Numbered from the stretch's first letter, positions 1-8,760 are shown. The stretch: 32,000 nucleotides of DNA from Flavobacteriaceae bacterium (GCA_965224465.1 OZ245049.1:4650001-4682000); one strand, 5' to 3'. Program-made: numbers and translations. Notes: a model not told the origin generated them from the letters alone.

Positions 1-351
1 TTTAGCCTCTAAATAACGTTCGTTTTTCTGAGTATTTATAATACTAATTCCGTCTAAAACCATAACCATTTGGGTATAACTCAAAACTACTAATCCATCT
101 TCAATGTCGTATTTTGGAAGCTCAAAAATACCTCGTTCCAATCGTTTATAATACAGTACAAATCCTCCAGGTCGCCAATGAAGAAGTTTTAGTTTATTTT
201 TTTGCTTATTGATAAATGCATAAACACTATTTCTATCTCGCTCTTGTTCCATGTGCTCACTAACTAATCCACTTAATCCATTAAATCCTTTTCGCATATC
301 AACTGCAGATAAGTGATAATAATACGTGTGTTCTGTACCTAATCCTAACAT
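1..351 (-). CDS. tnpB: IS66-family accessory protein TnpB (Orf2); C-terminus runs off the left window edge
   Basis: Absent from the ORF track because there is no stop inside the window. My translation of the minus strand from ATG 351..349 gives MLGLGTEHTYYYHLSAVDMRKGFNGLSGLVSEHMEQERDRNSVYAFINKQKNKLKLLHWRPGGFVLYYKRLERGIFELPKYDIEDGLVVLSYTQMVMVLDGISI... This is 117 codons, open to position 1. The DMRKGFNGL and LLHW..GGF.L.YKRLE.G.F motifs are typical of IS66 Orf2. Confidence 0.8.
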   Translation of the reverse strand, partial: MLGLGTEHTYYYHLSAVDMRKGFNGLSGLVSEHMEQERDRNSVYAFINKQKNKLKLLHWRPGGFVLYYKRLERGIFELPKYDIEDGLVVLSYTQMVMVLDGISIINTQKNERYLEAK

Positions 352-430
352 TTATATTTTCGTTTTTGTTTAGATGCAAAAATTAGATTATTTTTAACTT
401 CTTACAAGATGTAGTTCTCCGTACGCTTAC
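1..430 (-). mobile_element. Terminal part of an IS66-family insertion sequence (end plus tnpB); the rest lies left of the window
   Basis: The reverse complement of 411-430 reads GTAAGCGTACGGAGAACTAC. IS66-family terminal inverted repeats characteristically begin GTAA(GCG). This sequence lies about 60 bp upstream of the tnpB start. Confidence 0.5.
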
Positions 431-503
431 CGTTAGAGCGTAAAATAAACTATTTATATCGGTTATTTTGAATTGGTTGGTAGTAATTGGTATAAATGTA
501 GCT
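431..503 (+). repeat. Repeat family A, copy 1 (right half only, abutting the IS66 end)
   Basis: CGTTAGAGCGTAAAATAAACTATTTATATCGGTTATTTTGAATTGGTTGG...AATTGGT matches the right half of copies at 1805, 16900, 27441, 28489 and 28581. Confidence 0.7.
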
Positions 504-650
504 AAAGCGTATTTCTCTGTGTTTTAATGATGATAAGACAGAGAATAAACAATGCGTATAGATCCTTCTCTGGAATTGGAGGAGCGCACTTATTTTCACT
601 TCTTGTGTAAAATAAATTCTTGAATTCCTTATGGAGATGTCAAGACCAAA

Positions 651-687
651 GGAACCCTATAATGTCGCATTATAGGGTTCCTTTTTT
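651..687 (+). terminator. Strong rho-independent terminator-like hairpin
   Basis: Perfect 14-bp stem GGAACCCTATAATG / CATTATAGGGTTCC (651-664 and 668-681) with a 3-nt loop. A T6 run follows (682-687) and AAA precedes it, so the stem could extend to 17 bp and could act on both strands. Confidence 0.7.
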
Positions 688-756
688 ACAAGCTATTTGT
701 AAAAAACAATTCTTTTAGAAACAGACACCGTACCCCTTGGGGAGAGGCTGTTGATG

Positions 757-1710
757 TTAGCTCTTTATTACAGGAAGTATATTTTTATTTTCTTTTAAAA
801 TAGGGGTTTCTTTCTTTATTCCAATTTTAATCTGGAAAAACAATTCATGAGAACCTTTGCTGTAATTCCCCAAGTTTCCCAACACATAATCATAAGAATA
901 ACCCATTTTAAACGATTCCGAAAGGTTAATTTGTAGTAAGGTTGCCATGGATTCTTCATATCTATAGGATATTCCTATTTCAAATAACTGGTTGTATATT
1001 CCATTTATAGATAGGTCTGTAGACAAAGGTGCGCCTTCTACATATCTGGTGACAATGGTAGGTTTAATAAGCAAATGCTCGTTAAGTGGATATGAATACC
1101 CTGCATTGAAATAATATTTTACTTTTTCCGAAGCAGATGAGGTGAAATTATTTTTTGATTTACGGAAATGTTTCTTTTCTAATAAATTTAAAGCAGCAAT
1201 CCCTATATAATAGTTGGGAGTTGCATAATTAATTCCCAATCCAAAATTGACATTAAATTGGTCTATGTTTTCGGTATATGCGGGGTCGTCCAAGATGTTT
1301 AATGATAATAAGTCTGCATTTAAAGAACTTCCTCCTGCTTTAAGCCCAAAGGAAACCTTGGCATGTTCTTGCACTTGAATTGCATAAGAGAAATCTGCAT
1401 AAAAATGAGTTTCCTTTAATACAGAAACCTGATCGTTGACAATGGAGAAACCCAAGGACATTTTTTTAGTTAAAGGAAGTCCTACGGCAAAACTCTGTGT
1501 TTCGGGGGCATCTTCTATTCCTGTCCATTGGTTTCTTGTTCCCAATGTAAAAGTGGTGTGGGTATACAGTCCCGTAAATGAAGGGTTTAACAAGGGGAGG
1601 TTGTTAAAATACTGAGTGTATATTGGATCCTGTTGTGCAGTTAACTTGGTTATTCCTAAAAATAACAAAAAGCATAACAGGAGGTGTTTTAGTAAATGGG
1701 GCATATTCAA
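757..1710 (-). CDS. PorP/SprF-family type IX secretion system membrane protein
   Basis: 317-aa ORF with a signal peptide followed by AQQDPIYTQYFNNLPLLNPSFTG, the family-typical N-terminal motif. The remainder is beta-rich. Confidence 0.8.
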   Translation of the reverse strand: MNMPHLLKHLLLCFLLFLGITKLTAQQDPIYTQYFNNLPLLNPSFTGLYTHTTFTLGTRNQWTGIEDAPETQSFAVGLPLTKKMSLGFSIVNDQVSVLKETHFYADFSYAIQVQEHAKVSFGLKAGGSSLNADLLSLNILDDPAYTENIDQFNVNFGLGINYATPNYYIGIAALNLLEKKHFRKSKNNFTSSASEKVKYYFNAGYSYPLNEHLLIKPTIVTRYVEGAPLSTDLSINGIYNQLFEIGISYRYEESMATLLQINLSESFKMGYSYDYVLGNLGNYSKGSHELFFQIKIGIKKETPILKENKNILPVIKS

Positions 1711-1804
1711 ATGTATTAATCATGAATGTATTTGAAGCTATAGTAATGCCAATTAAATTTCCAAGTGATGATTTATAAATGGAATTATTTTTTGTTTTAG
1801 CTAG

Positions 1805-1899
1805 GCAAAAAATGGATGGATAGCCTTAGCTATCGTTCTGTTTTTTAACAACGCTAAAATGCAAAATAAACTATTTATTTTGGATTTTAATTGGTGTAA
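1805..1899 (+). repeat. Repeat family A, copy 2 (full length)
   Basis: GGATGGATAGCCTTAGCTATCGTTCTGTTTTTTAACAACGCTAAAATGCAAAATAAACTATTTATTTTGGATTTTAATTGGTGTAA: a hairpin plus T-run followed by the conserved AAATAAACTATTTAT...AATTGGT part. Confidence 0.75.
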
Positions 1900-1994
1900 G
1901 ATCAAATACATGTCAATTTAGGGTTAATAATTACATTGTTTTTTAGGATAAATAACAAAACACGGTACATTTTAGGGTCTTGTAACGTAGGTGT

Positions 1995-2699
1995 TTAGAG
2001 CTGAAATCTATTTCCTTTGGAAATAAAATCATTAAATTTTCCTTTGTCATAGACATATAAAAAAGCTCCTTTTTTAGAGGCAGATTTATCTTTCTTATTT
2101 GTTTTGTTTAAAATATCGAACGATAGGATCTTTTTCCTAAAGTTTCTTGAGTCTAAGTTTTTTTGATAAAAACATTCATAAATAGATTGTAATTGAGGAA
2201 TGGTAAATTCTTCTGGAAGCAAATTAAAACAAATAGGCTCTCTTCTCGCTTCATCTCTTAATCTTTGAATGGCATCTTCAACCATTTGTCGATGGTCAAA
2301 AATCAAATCAGGTATGTCGTTAAAATCATACCAGTGCGCATCGTATTCTTCAACGTTTTTGATGTCTAGCTCATTGATGCGAATCAGTGCGTAATGGGCT
2401 ACAGAAATCACGCGGTTTCCAGGATCACGGTCTATATTACTATAGGTACGCAGTTCTTTTAAAAAAATATTTTTTAAGCCTGTTGATTCTTCGAGAACCT
2501 GCTTGGCAGAATCATTTAAATTTAAGTCGCTTTTAATAAAAGACCCAATTAAAGACAATGCGCCTTTTAACGGTTCTACGCGCCGCTTAAATAGAAGTAG
2601 TTTTATGTTTTCAGAATCAAAACCAAAAATAATACAGTCTACAGCTACAAGAATTTTTTCTTGTTTGATATATTCAGAAGAAGTGTTTATTGTGTTCAT
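1995..2699 (-). CDS. Nudix-related transcriptional regulator (NrtR/AraR-like: Nudix fold plus C-terminal winged helix)
   Basis: 234-aa ORF. The N-terminal half is Nudix-like (VAVDCIIFGF...LLLFKR...GALSLIGSF, and the box region ESTG). The C-terminal half (FTIPQLQSIYECFYQKNLDSRNFRKKI) resembles the NrtR DNA-binding domain. It is divergent from a glycoside hydrolase gene. Confidence 0.65.
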   Translation of the reverse strand: MNTINTSSEYIKQEKILVAVDCIIFGFDSENIKLLLFKRRVEPLKGALSLIGSFIKSDLNLNDSAKQVLEESTGLKNIFLKELRTYSNIDRDPGNRVISVAHYALIRINELDIKNVEEYDAHWYDFNDIPDLIFDHRQMVEDAIQRLRDEARREPICFNLLPEEFTIPQLQSIYECFYQKNLDSRNFRKKILSFDILNKTNKKDKSASKKGAFLYVYDKGKFNDFISKGNRFQL

Positions 2700-2981
2700 T
2701 AATTTGATATTGGTTGATAGTGCTTGCTTTTTTATTTTCTGTTAAAAAATGAAAGTAGTCTTGATTTTATTCATATTAATGTAAATATACTAATGTTCTA
2801 TTAAATAAAATTAATTAGCGTAAAAAAAACGTTTAATATTGTTAGGAATTAAGAGCTACATCATCAATTTTTTATACTTTGTGCCTCGAATTGTGACATT
2901 AGTCGAAATAATTAGTTTTTTTACAAAGTATGCCGCAATTTAGAAAAATATTTTGAGATCAATATAAAAAACCATACAATT

Positions 2982-4649
2982 ATGAGAGTAGCACTATTAA
3001 TTTTAACCTGTTTCTTAATGATATCTTGTGCTGGGAAATATCAGCATGTAGAAAATTTAGAGCAGGATTATTCGGTAATACCAAAACCTGTTTCTTTAGA
3101 GAAATTGCCAGGTAAGTTTTTAGTAAACAGCAGTACAAAAGTGTACGGGCTTGCTTCATTAAAGAACGAAGGTGAATTTTTGGCGACAGTTCTCAGTGGA
3201 GCTTCAAAAAAAACAGTGTTGTTCTCAGAAGGTAATTCAGGAGATATTGAACTGAAAATAGATGCTTCTATTACAGCGAAAGAAGGCTATGAATTGTCTG
3301 TAGAATACAATAAAATTGTGATTGTAGGGAAGACCTCAAAAGGGGTTTTTTACGGGGTTCAAACCTTAAGACAATTGCTTTCAGTTAAGGATGGTGATTG
3401 TACCATACCCGCGGTAAAAATTAAAGATGCTCCTAGATATGTGTATAGAGGAATGCACTTGGATGTGGCGCGTCATTATTTTCCAGTACCGTTTATTAAA
3501 AAATTCATCGATTTGATAGCCATGCATAAAATGAATACTTTTCATTGGCATTTAACAGAGGATCAAGGATGGCGTATAGAAATTAAAAGCTTGCCTAAAT
3601 TAACTATAGTTGGCGCTTCTAGATACGGTACTATTGTAGGTCATTACCCTGGTTCTTCTAACTACGAAACCATTCATAGTGGATTTTATACCCAAGAGGA
3701 AGTCAAAGATATTGTGGCTTACGCTACACGTAAACACGTAACGGTAATTCCAGAAATTGAATTGCCCGGACATAGTGGTGCTGCTATTGCAGCCTATCCA
3801 AACCTAAGTTGTTTCCCAAACGAGCCTACGAAAATTCACAACGATATGGGAGCTAAAAAAGGAAAAGAAGTACAGGCAAATGGAACTCCTAAAATTGTAC
3901 AAGAAACATGGGGGGTTATGGATGATGTGTTTTGTGCTGGAAAAGAAAATACGTTCAAATTTTTAGAACAGGTATTGGAAGAAGTGATTCCGTTGTTTCC
4001 TTCAGAATATATCCATATTGGTGGTGATGAATGTCCAAAAGGAAATTGGAAACGTTGTCCTAATTGTCAAAAAAGAATGAAAGATGAAGGGCTTGCTGAT
4101 GAACATGAATTGCAAAGTTACTTTATCCAACGCATAGAGAAATTCTTAAATGCCAAAGGGAAAAAAATCATTGGATGGGATGAGATTTTAGAAGGTGGAC
4201 TCGCTCCTAACGCTACTGTAATGTCTTGGAGAGGCGAGAAAGGTGGGATTATTGCAGCAAAACAACATCATGATGTGATTATGACACCGGGTCATTCTGT
4301 GTATTTTGACCATTATCAATATAAAGATAAAAAAAACGAGCCATTGGCTATTGGAGGCTTGACCACCGTAGAAGATGTGTACAATTACAATCCTTCTCCA
4401 AAAGAATTGTCTCTTGAGGATCAAAAATATATCTTAGGAGCTCAAGCAAATGTATGGACTGAATATATGGCAACTACAGAGGATGTAGAATATATGATTT
4501 TACCGCGTATGTCTGCCTTGTCAGAAGTTGTTTGGTCGCCTGAAAAGGGGAAAGACTGGAACAATTTTAGCGAACGTCTACTTTCTTTAAGAGAAATGTA
4601 CGATGCCTTGGGATTGAACTACGCAACGCATACGTTTGAGAAAAAATAA
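2982..4649 (+). CDS. Beta-N-acetylhexosaminidase, glycoside hydrolase family 20 (lipoprotein signal)
   Basis: 555-aa ORF. LILTCFLMISC is a lipobox-like signal. Catalytic-domain motifs are RGMHLDVARHYF, FHWHLTEDQGWRIEI and IHIGGDECPK. Confidence 0.9.
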   Translation: MRVALLILTCFLMISCAGKYQHVENLEQDYSVIPKPVSLEKLPGKFLVNSSTKVYGLASLKNEGEFLATVLSGASKKTVLFSEGNSGDIELKIDASITAKEGYELSVEYNKIVIVGKTSKGVFYGVQTLRQLLSVKDGDCTIPAVKIKDAPRYVYRGMHLDVARHYFPVPFIKKFIDLIAMHKMNTFHWHLTEDQGWRIEIKSLPKLTIVGASRYGTIVGHYPGSSNYETIHSGFYTQEEVKDIVAYATRKHVTVIPEIELPGHSGAAIAAYPNLSCFPNEPTKIHNDMGAKKGKEVQANGTPKIVQETWGVMDDVFCAGKENTFKFLEQVLEEVIPLFPSEYIHIGGDECPKGNWKRCPNCQKRMKDEGLADEHELQSYFIQRIEKFLNAKGKKIIGWDEILEGGLAPNATVMSWRGEKGGIIAAKQHHDVIMTPGHSVYFDHYQYKDKKNEPLAIGGLTTVEDVYNYNPSPKELSLEDQKYILGAQANVWTEYMATTEDVEYMILPRMSALSEVVWSPEKGKDWNNFSERLLSLREMYDALGLNYATHTFEKK

Positions 4650-4670
4650 ATTCATTTTTAATATAAAAAA

Positions 4671-4703
4671 GCCTTTGGACAATACGTTCAAGGGCTTTTT
4701 TTT
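4671..4703 (+). terminator. Probable rho-independent terminator of the GH20 gene
   Basis: Imperfect hairpin GCCTTTGGA...TTCAAGGGC followed by a T8 run, about 20 bp after the stop codon. Confidence 0.55.
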
Positions 4704-4919
4704 GATCCTTAAATAAACACAAGAAAGTTGAATAGGCTAAGGTGATTAAACACTTGGGAACTACTTAATACGCCTAAGTATTCCCTGTGAAAACAACGTA
4801 ACTATCTAATGTTAAAACACCATGTTTAGTAAGAACTTGTATCCTTGTTGAGATTCTGAGAAATAGTGGTTAATGGTTGGGGACTTTTCTGAAAAATAAT
4901 ACACGAAAATACAATAATG

Positions 4920-6045
4920 GCTGAATTTAAGTCACAAACGCAACTTTTAGTTAAATAATAATTGTTCCATTACAAATATAGGGTTTTGATATTTATGTCT
5001 CTTCCTAGGTCTGTTATTTAATTTTGTTTCTACCTCTTTGATTCTTTGATCTGTTAGGTTTGTAAAGTCACTTCCTTTGGCAAAATATTGTCTAATCAAA
5101 CCATTTAAATTTTCGTTAGATCCTCTTTCCCAAGAGTGATATGGATGCGCAAAAAAGTAATCAATACATAAATTTTCTGCAACCTGCTCATGGCCTGCAA
5201 ATTCTTTTCCATTATCAGCTGTTATAGTATGTAGATAAGGCTTCCAGTCTTCTAATATTTCATTGATAGCTTTAGTGACAACAACTGCTTCTTTAGAGCT
5301 TACTTTTTTCATTTTAAGCATTCCAGAAGCTCTATCATTTACGGTAAGTATGGCTTGATTATGGTTTTTACCTATGATTAAATCGACCTCTAAATCTCCA
5401 AATCGATTTCTTTGTTCAACAACTTCAGGGCGTTGTTCTATACTAATACGATTCTTTATAACCCCTCTAGAATCCTTTGATGAGCCACGTTTTCTATATC
5501 TCCTTCCCTGTCTGCGAAGGTGTGTATGTAAATCACCATCATTCCTCTTGTCTTCCCTAATATGCTGATATATACGCTCAATAGACACCGTTTCTTTACC
5601 TTGTTTTTTTAGGACACCAACTACTTGCTCAGGACTATAATCGTCTCGCAATAACAACTCTATTGCTTGTTGAATATCTTCTGTAAAGCGTTTTCTTTTA
5701 GGCTTTTCTTTATGACGTTTAGCATACTTTTTTTGGGCTAATTCATGCTTGTAAACTCCATTTCTTTTGTCTGAATTACGCTTAATCTCTTTGCTAATAA
5801 CAGACTTGTCTTTTCCTATAGCAGCTGCTATCTCAACCTGTTTATAACCTTGTTTTAACATGCAACAAATTGTGTATCTTTGCGCTTGGGTGATGTGTTT
5901 CATACAACTTCTTTTTTCGAGATTTGAGACCGTAAGATACATATCCATCAAGACAAGAAAGGTAGGTTTTCCTACTTTTCTGTTTTGAAAATATAACCAT
6001 CATAGAATCAAATCGAAAAGTTGCGTTTATTAGTTGAATTTAAGA
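4920..6045 (-). mobile_element. IS30-family insertion sequence, copy 1 (about 1.13 kb)
   Basis: Nucleotide identity with copy 2 runs 4920-6045 = 10050-11175 (offset 5130). I noticed one mismatch, T at 4928 versus C at 10058. Imperfect terminal inverted repeats share AAACGCAACTTTT: GAATT(T/C)AAGTCACAAACGCAACTTTT versus the reverse complement of the other end, AAATTCAACTAATAAACGCAACTTTT. Boundaries are +/-5 bp. Confidence 0.85.
4947..5951 (-). CDS. IS30-family transposase (DDE)
   Basis: 334-aa ORF with an N-terminal HTH (ITQAQRYTICCMLKQGYKQVEIAAAIGKDKSVISKEIKRN), a DDE core (DLIIG..., TITADNGKEF, SWERGSNENLNGLIRQY) and a C-terminal LNNRPRK motif. Confidence 0.9.
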   Translation of the reverse strand: MMDMYLTVSNLEKRSCMKHITQAQRYTICCMLKQGYKQVEIAAAIGKDKSVISKEIKRNSDKRNGVYKHELAQKKYAKRHKEKPKRKRFTEDIQQAIELLLRDDYSPEQVVGVLKKQGKETVSIERIYQHIREDKRNDGDLHTHLRRQGRRYRKRGSSKDSRGVIKNRISIEQRPEVVEQRNRFGDLEVDLIIGKNHNQAILTVNDRASGMLKMKKVSSKEAVVVTKAINEILEDWKPYLHTITADNGKEFAGHEQVAENLCIDYFFAHPYHSWERGSNENLNGLIRQYFAKGSDFTNLTDQRIKEVETKLNNRPRKRHKYQNPIFVMEQLLFN

Positions 6046-6096
6046 TGTATAAAAAAACAAACAGACAAATCGTATATTAGGATATGTGCGAACCTC

Positions 6097-6136
6097 CTTT
6101 TTAACCGCCCTACGATTTATTATACTAACGTTGTAG
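6097..6136 (+). repeat. ~40-bp motif, copy 1 (TTTTTAACCGCCCTACGATTTATTATAC..AACGTT)
   Basis: Near-identical to 12220-12259. Both copies lie a short distance upstream of an ATG that opens a signal-peptide-like ORF (6174 and 12268). Confidence 0.6.
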
Positions 6137-6439
6137 CTCATTTAAAAAAAGAAACCCACTAGAAAAGAAAATTATGAAAAAATTATTTATACTAAGTTTA
6201 TTGTTTTTAATATTAATGCCCAGAATAATATATATAGAGATTGGTGTTGTTTTACAAAAAATGGTTAAAAATAAATCTCTATTAGTGGATGTAAATTTGA
6301 CTTTTATTGTCTTGAAGAATATAAAGAAAATTAACAATTTAGTCGACAAATTTATAAAATAAAAAAGTAGAACAATAAACGTTATACCCTTCATAGTTAT
6401 GGAATAGATGATAAGTCATTCGGCGTTATGAAAATAAAT

Positions 6440-6827
6440 TATAATAAAAAGGCATTGGAATCAGAAATGGAATCACACCATAGGAAAGAAGAACGATCAA
6501 AAGGGAACTAAGTGTGACGAGAAAGGGGAAAAGACGGTTAAAAGTAGTATTGGAAGCTTTGAAATACGTATTCCTGCTGACAGGAATAATAGTTTTGAAC
6601 CTGTTCTGATAAGATTATTGGATTATACGGTCTAGGAATTAGTTTACGCGAAATTTCTGGTTCTATAAAGAGATCGATACAGATGTATCACACACTGTTT
6701 TAAATCAAATAACTGACAAGTGTTCGTTCTGTAGCATCTAGCATAAACATCCTGTTGAGGATGCCAGCTCAAAAGATACTACGATGTGGATTGCGTGATT
6801 TAGTTAAGAGACTATTGGCAAAGATCT
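6440..6827 (+). pseudogene. Decayed IS256-family transposase fragment (several frameshifts and stops)
   Basis: Fragments read in shifting frames: KKALESEMESHHRKEERSKGN*, KTVKSSIGSFEIRIPADRNNSFEPVLI, IIGLYGLGISLREISGSIK and DTDVSHTVLNQITDK. These follow the order of IS256 transposase motifs (ALE.EL..HL, K.L.T..GE.EI.VPRDRNG.FEP, MY..G.S.R.I, ITDK). HPVEDASSKDTTMWIA follows at 6746-6827. Confidence 0.65.
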
Positions 6828-6990
6828 GCTAAATTCAAAGTGAGTATCTTTGGTTATTACCTTGGAATCCGCTACTGTTCTTATAGCAACCGTTGTATTC
6901 TATGTCCAACTTGAGTAATAACTAACTTCAAGTCTATAACGAGAGTGAAAAATGGTTGTATTTACACTTTAAGAATCTACGAGAGTAGCT

Positions 6991-7209
6991 ATGAGCCTTG
7001 ACTATAAAAAAAATGAAGGTAAAAACGCATATAATAGGCTGCCTTCTCTTCCTTCTAAACATGATTTGGAAACAAGAACGATATTATTAAAAACTATTTC
7101 TGAACCCCGTGCCTTATCCCAATTTAATGAAGCATTAATAAACTTACCAAATCCTAGACTATTTCTAGCCCGAAGGCTTAGTGTTTTTAAGAAGACCACT
7201 CTTTTTTAA
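6991..7209 (+). pseudogene. N-terminal fragment of a Fic/DOC-family protein (Fic_N region only)
   Basis: The 72-aa ORF contains NRLPSLPSKHDLETRTILLKTISEPRALSQFNEALINLPNPRLFL. This matches the Fic N-terminal pattern LPPLPP..(D/E)LET..IL....A.RALAEL......(I/L)PN...L. The catalytic Fic core is absent. Confidence 0.6.
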
Positions 7210-7304
7210 AAAGTTTTTGTATATTTATACCCAATTAGTCATACACGCGCTATGTTGCTGCTAATTCAAATTTTAAGAAGAAAACTACAAACAGATACAT
7301 TATA

Positions 7305-8621
7305 TTGGGAGAACTAACGGAATTTTACAAAAATCTAGAAGTAGATTGGATAATGCTAGGTTTTATGATGTTAATGAGTGCGGGTGTCGCTATTTTTCAC
7401 ACCGTAATTATTATAGGATTATGGGAGGTCAAAATCAAGCCAAAGTGGTTGTTCTTTTTTTTAAACCCATCTTTAATTGCTCTTGCGGGATTAGTTGATA
7501 CACGAATGGGGGCTTTTGTAGCTATTATCTTATTTATTTCTGTCTTTGTTTTTGGGATTTTAGGAATTATCATAGTTCCCATTATAGAGCGTTACAAAAA
7601 ATCAAAAAAAGAAGATAGAGCCCGAATCAAAAACGGTAAAAAACCAATTCCTTGGTGGAAAAAAGCTATAATGTCTTTATCAGGACTTGCTTTTTTCATA
7701 TTCGTATTTGTATTGGGACCTGCTTATGTTATAATTTTATTATTTATAATATTACCTTTTTTAACCTCTATTTTTAGGAAGACTAATAAAAAGAAGTTTT
7801 ACAAAATTCAGCGTGTCTTGCCAACAGCAAATGTGAGATCCGTTGCAATGGGCTTGGCGGAAATTTCAGGGAAAGCAAAAACAATAGAACCAATTATTTC
7901 TAGGTTAGGTAAAAAAGAATGTATAGGTTATTTGTATATTAGAGAAAATGTAACTAGAAATGATAAGGGGCACAATTCGTATTCCCTTGAATTTTCAGAA
8001 ACTATTTGTAATCCTTTTTTTGTAAAGGATAAAACGGGAGAAATAAAAGTTTTGTCTGATGAGATAGAATTTGTAGACTTTGAGATAGATATACAATATC
8101 AATCTTCAATGAAACGTTACACTCAATACATTCTACAAGAAAATATGGAAGTTCTACTTATTGGGAAAGCAGGGGTCACAGAAAATAACACTCCTGTTTT
8201 TCAGAAAGAAGAAATTAAAAATGTTTTTGGAATTGCTCCTGCAGATAAGGTAAAGAAGTATAATGATTTGCAACCACTTTTAAAATCGGCAGGTTATTTT
8301 ATTTATTTTTGGGTAATTTTAATTGCATTAATTTTATTTACACCAATCCATATTAATAATAATACGATAGAGTTTGGAAAAATAAATTTTGACATGCCTT
8401 TTCAAAACTCAAACTCTGTAAACTCTGTAAACTCAGATAATGATGAATATGAAGGCTATGAGCAAGAAGGTGAAGCAGCAGTTAATGTTTTGGAAGCTAT
8501 TGTTATTACAGGTGATTCTTATGATACTGTAGATGAAGACTATGCGACAGAAAATGAAGTAGAAGGTGTAATTATAGAAAATGTAGAAATAGTTGTGGAT
8601 CCTCACAGTAACATTGATTAA
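7305..8621 (+). CDS. Polytopic membrane protein with a GIDE-like (bacterial E3-ligase-named, function unknown) central domain and an acidic C-terminal tail
   Basis: 438-aa ORF. The track start is TTG 7305; ATG 7353 (MLGFMML...) is an alternative. About 4-5 N-terminal hydrophobic helices are followed by a K-rich loop. The soluble stretch TANVRSVAMGLAEISGKAKTIEPIISRLGKKECIGYLYIRE...NPFFVKDKTGEIKVLSDE resembles the GIDE pattern. One more TM follows (AGYFIYFWVILIALILFTPI), then a D/E-rich tail of about 90 aa. Confidence 0.6.
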   Translation: MGELTEFYKNLEVDWIMLGFMMLMSAGVAIFHTVIIIGLWEVKIKPKWLFFFLNPSLIALAGLVDTRMGAFVAIILFISVFVFGILGIIIVPIIERYKKSKKEDRARIKNGKKPIPWWKKAIMSLSGLAFFIFVFVLGPAYVIILLFIILPFLTSIFRKTNKKKFYKIQRVLPTANVRSVAMGLAEISGKAKTIEPIISRLGKKECIGYLYIRENVTRNDKGHNSYSLEFSETICNPFFVKDKTGEIKVLSDEIEFVDFEIDIQYQSSMKRYTQYILQENMEVLLIGKAGVTENNTPVFQKEEIKNVFGIAPADKVKKYNDLQPLLKSAGYFIYFWVILIALILFTPIHINNNTIEFGKINFDMPFQNSNSVNSVNSDNDEYEGYEQEGEAAVNVLEAIVITGDSYDTVDEDYATENEVEGVIIENVEIVVDPHSNID

Positions 8622-8760
8622 AGCTATGAGTTATAAAGTGCAGAAGGTGTTATAGAAGATGTAGTATGGGGCCATCCTTTTCGGATTCCGTAAATGATTA
8701 AAAAACATAAAGAATAGTTCAAATTAAAAAACGAAAATTAATTAAGTATAACAAAATAGT

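Noticed and set aside
2503-2745. 80-aa + strand ORF
   Set aside because: It lies antisense inside and over the start of the well-supported Nudix-regulator gene. The sequence is low-complexity with no motifs. It is a typical shadow ORF.
4188-4424. 78-aa minus-strand ORF
   Set aside because: It is antisense within the GH20 gene, which has unmistakable catalytic motifs on the + strand.
5374-5568. 64-aa + strand ORF (and its twin at 10504-10698)
   Set aside because: It is antisense inside the IS30 transposase gene. It is duplicated only because the IS is duplicated.
6125-6394. Overlapping 89-aa (minus) and 62-aa (plus) ORFs
   Set aside because: They are mutually exclusive ORFs in extremely AT-rich, low-complexity DNA (runs of I/F/L/K/N). 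Neither has a recognisable family. At most, the + strand ORF is a relic of a signal peptide (see the 40-bp motif finding).
7002-7199. 65-aa minus-strand ORF
   Set aside because: It is antisense to the Fic_N-like fragment, and only the + strand frame carries a recognisable motif.
7397-7582. 61-aa minus-strand ORF, and 9409-9624 71-aa + strand ORF
   Set aside because: These are a shadow ORF and an alternative-frame ORF inside the membrane-protein genes of the cassette. The longer frames have coherent TM-helix patterns.
8400-8440. Short tandem AACTCTGTA repeat
   Set aside because: There are only about 2.5 units, in frame inside the acidic tail of the GIDE-like protein (NSNSVNSVNS). It is trivial slippage, not an independent feature.
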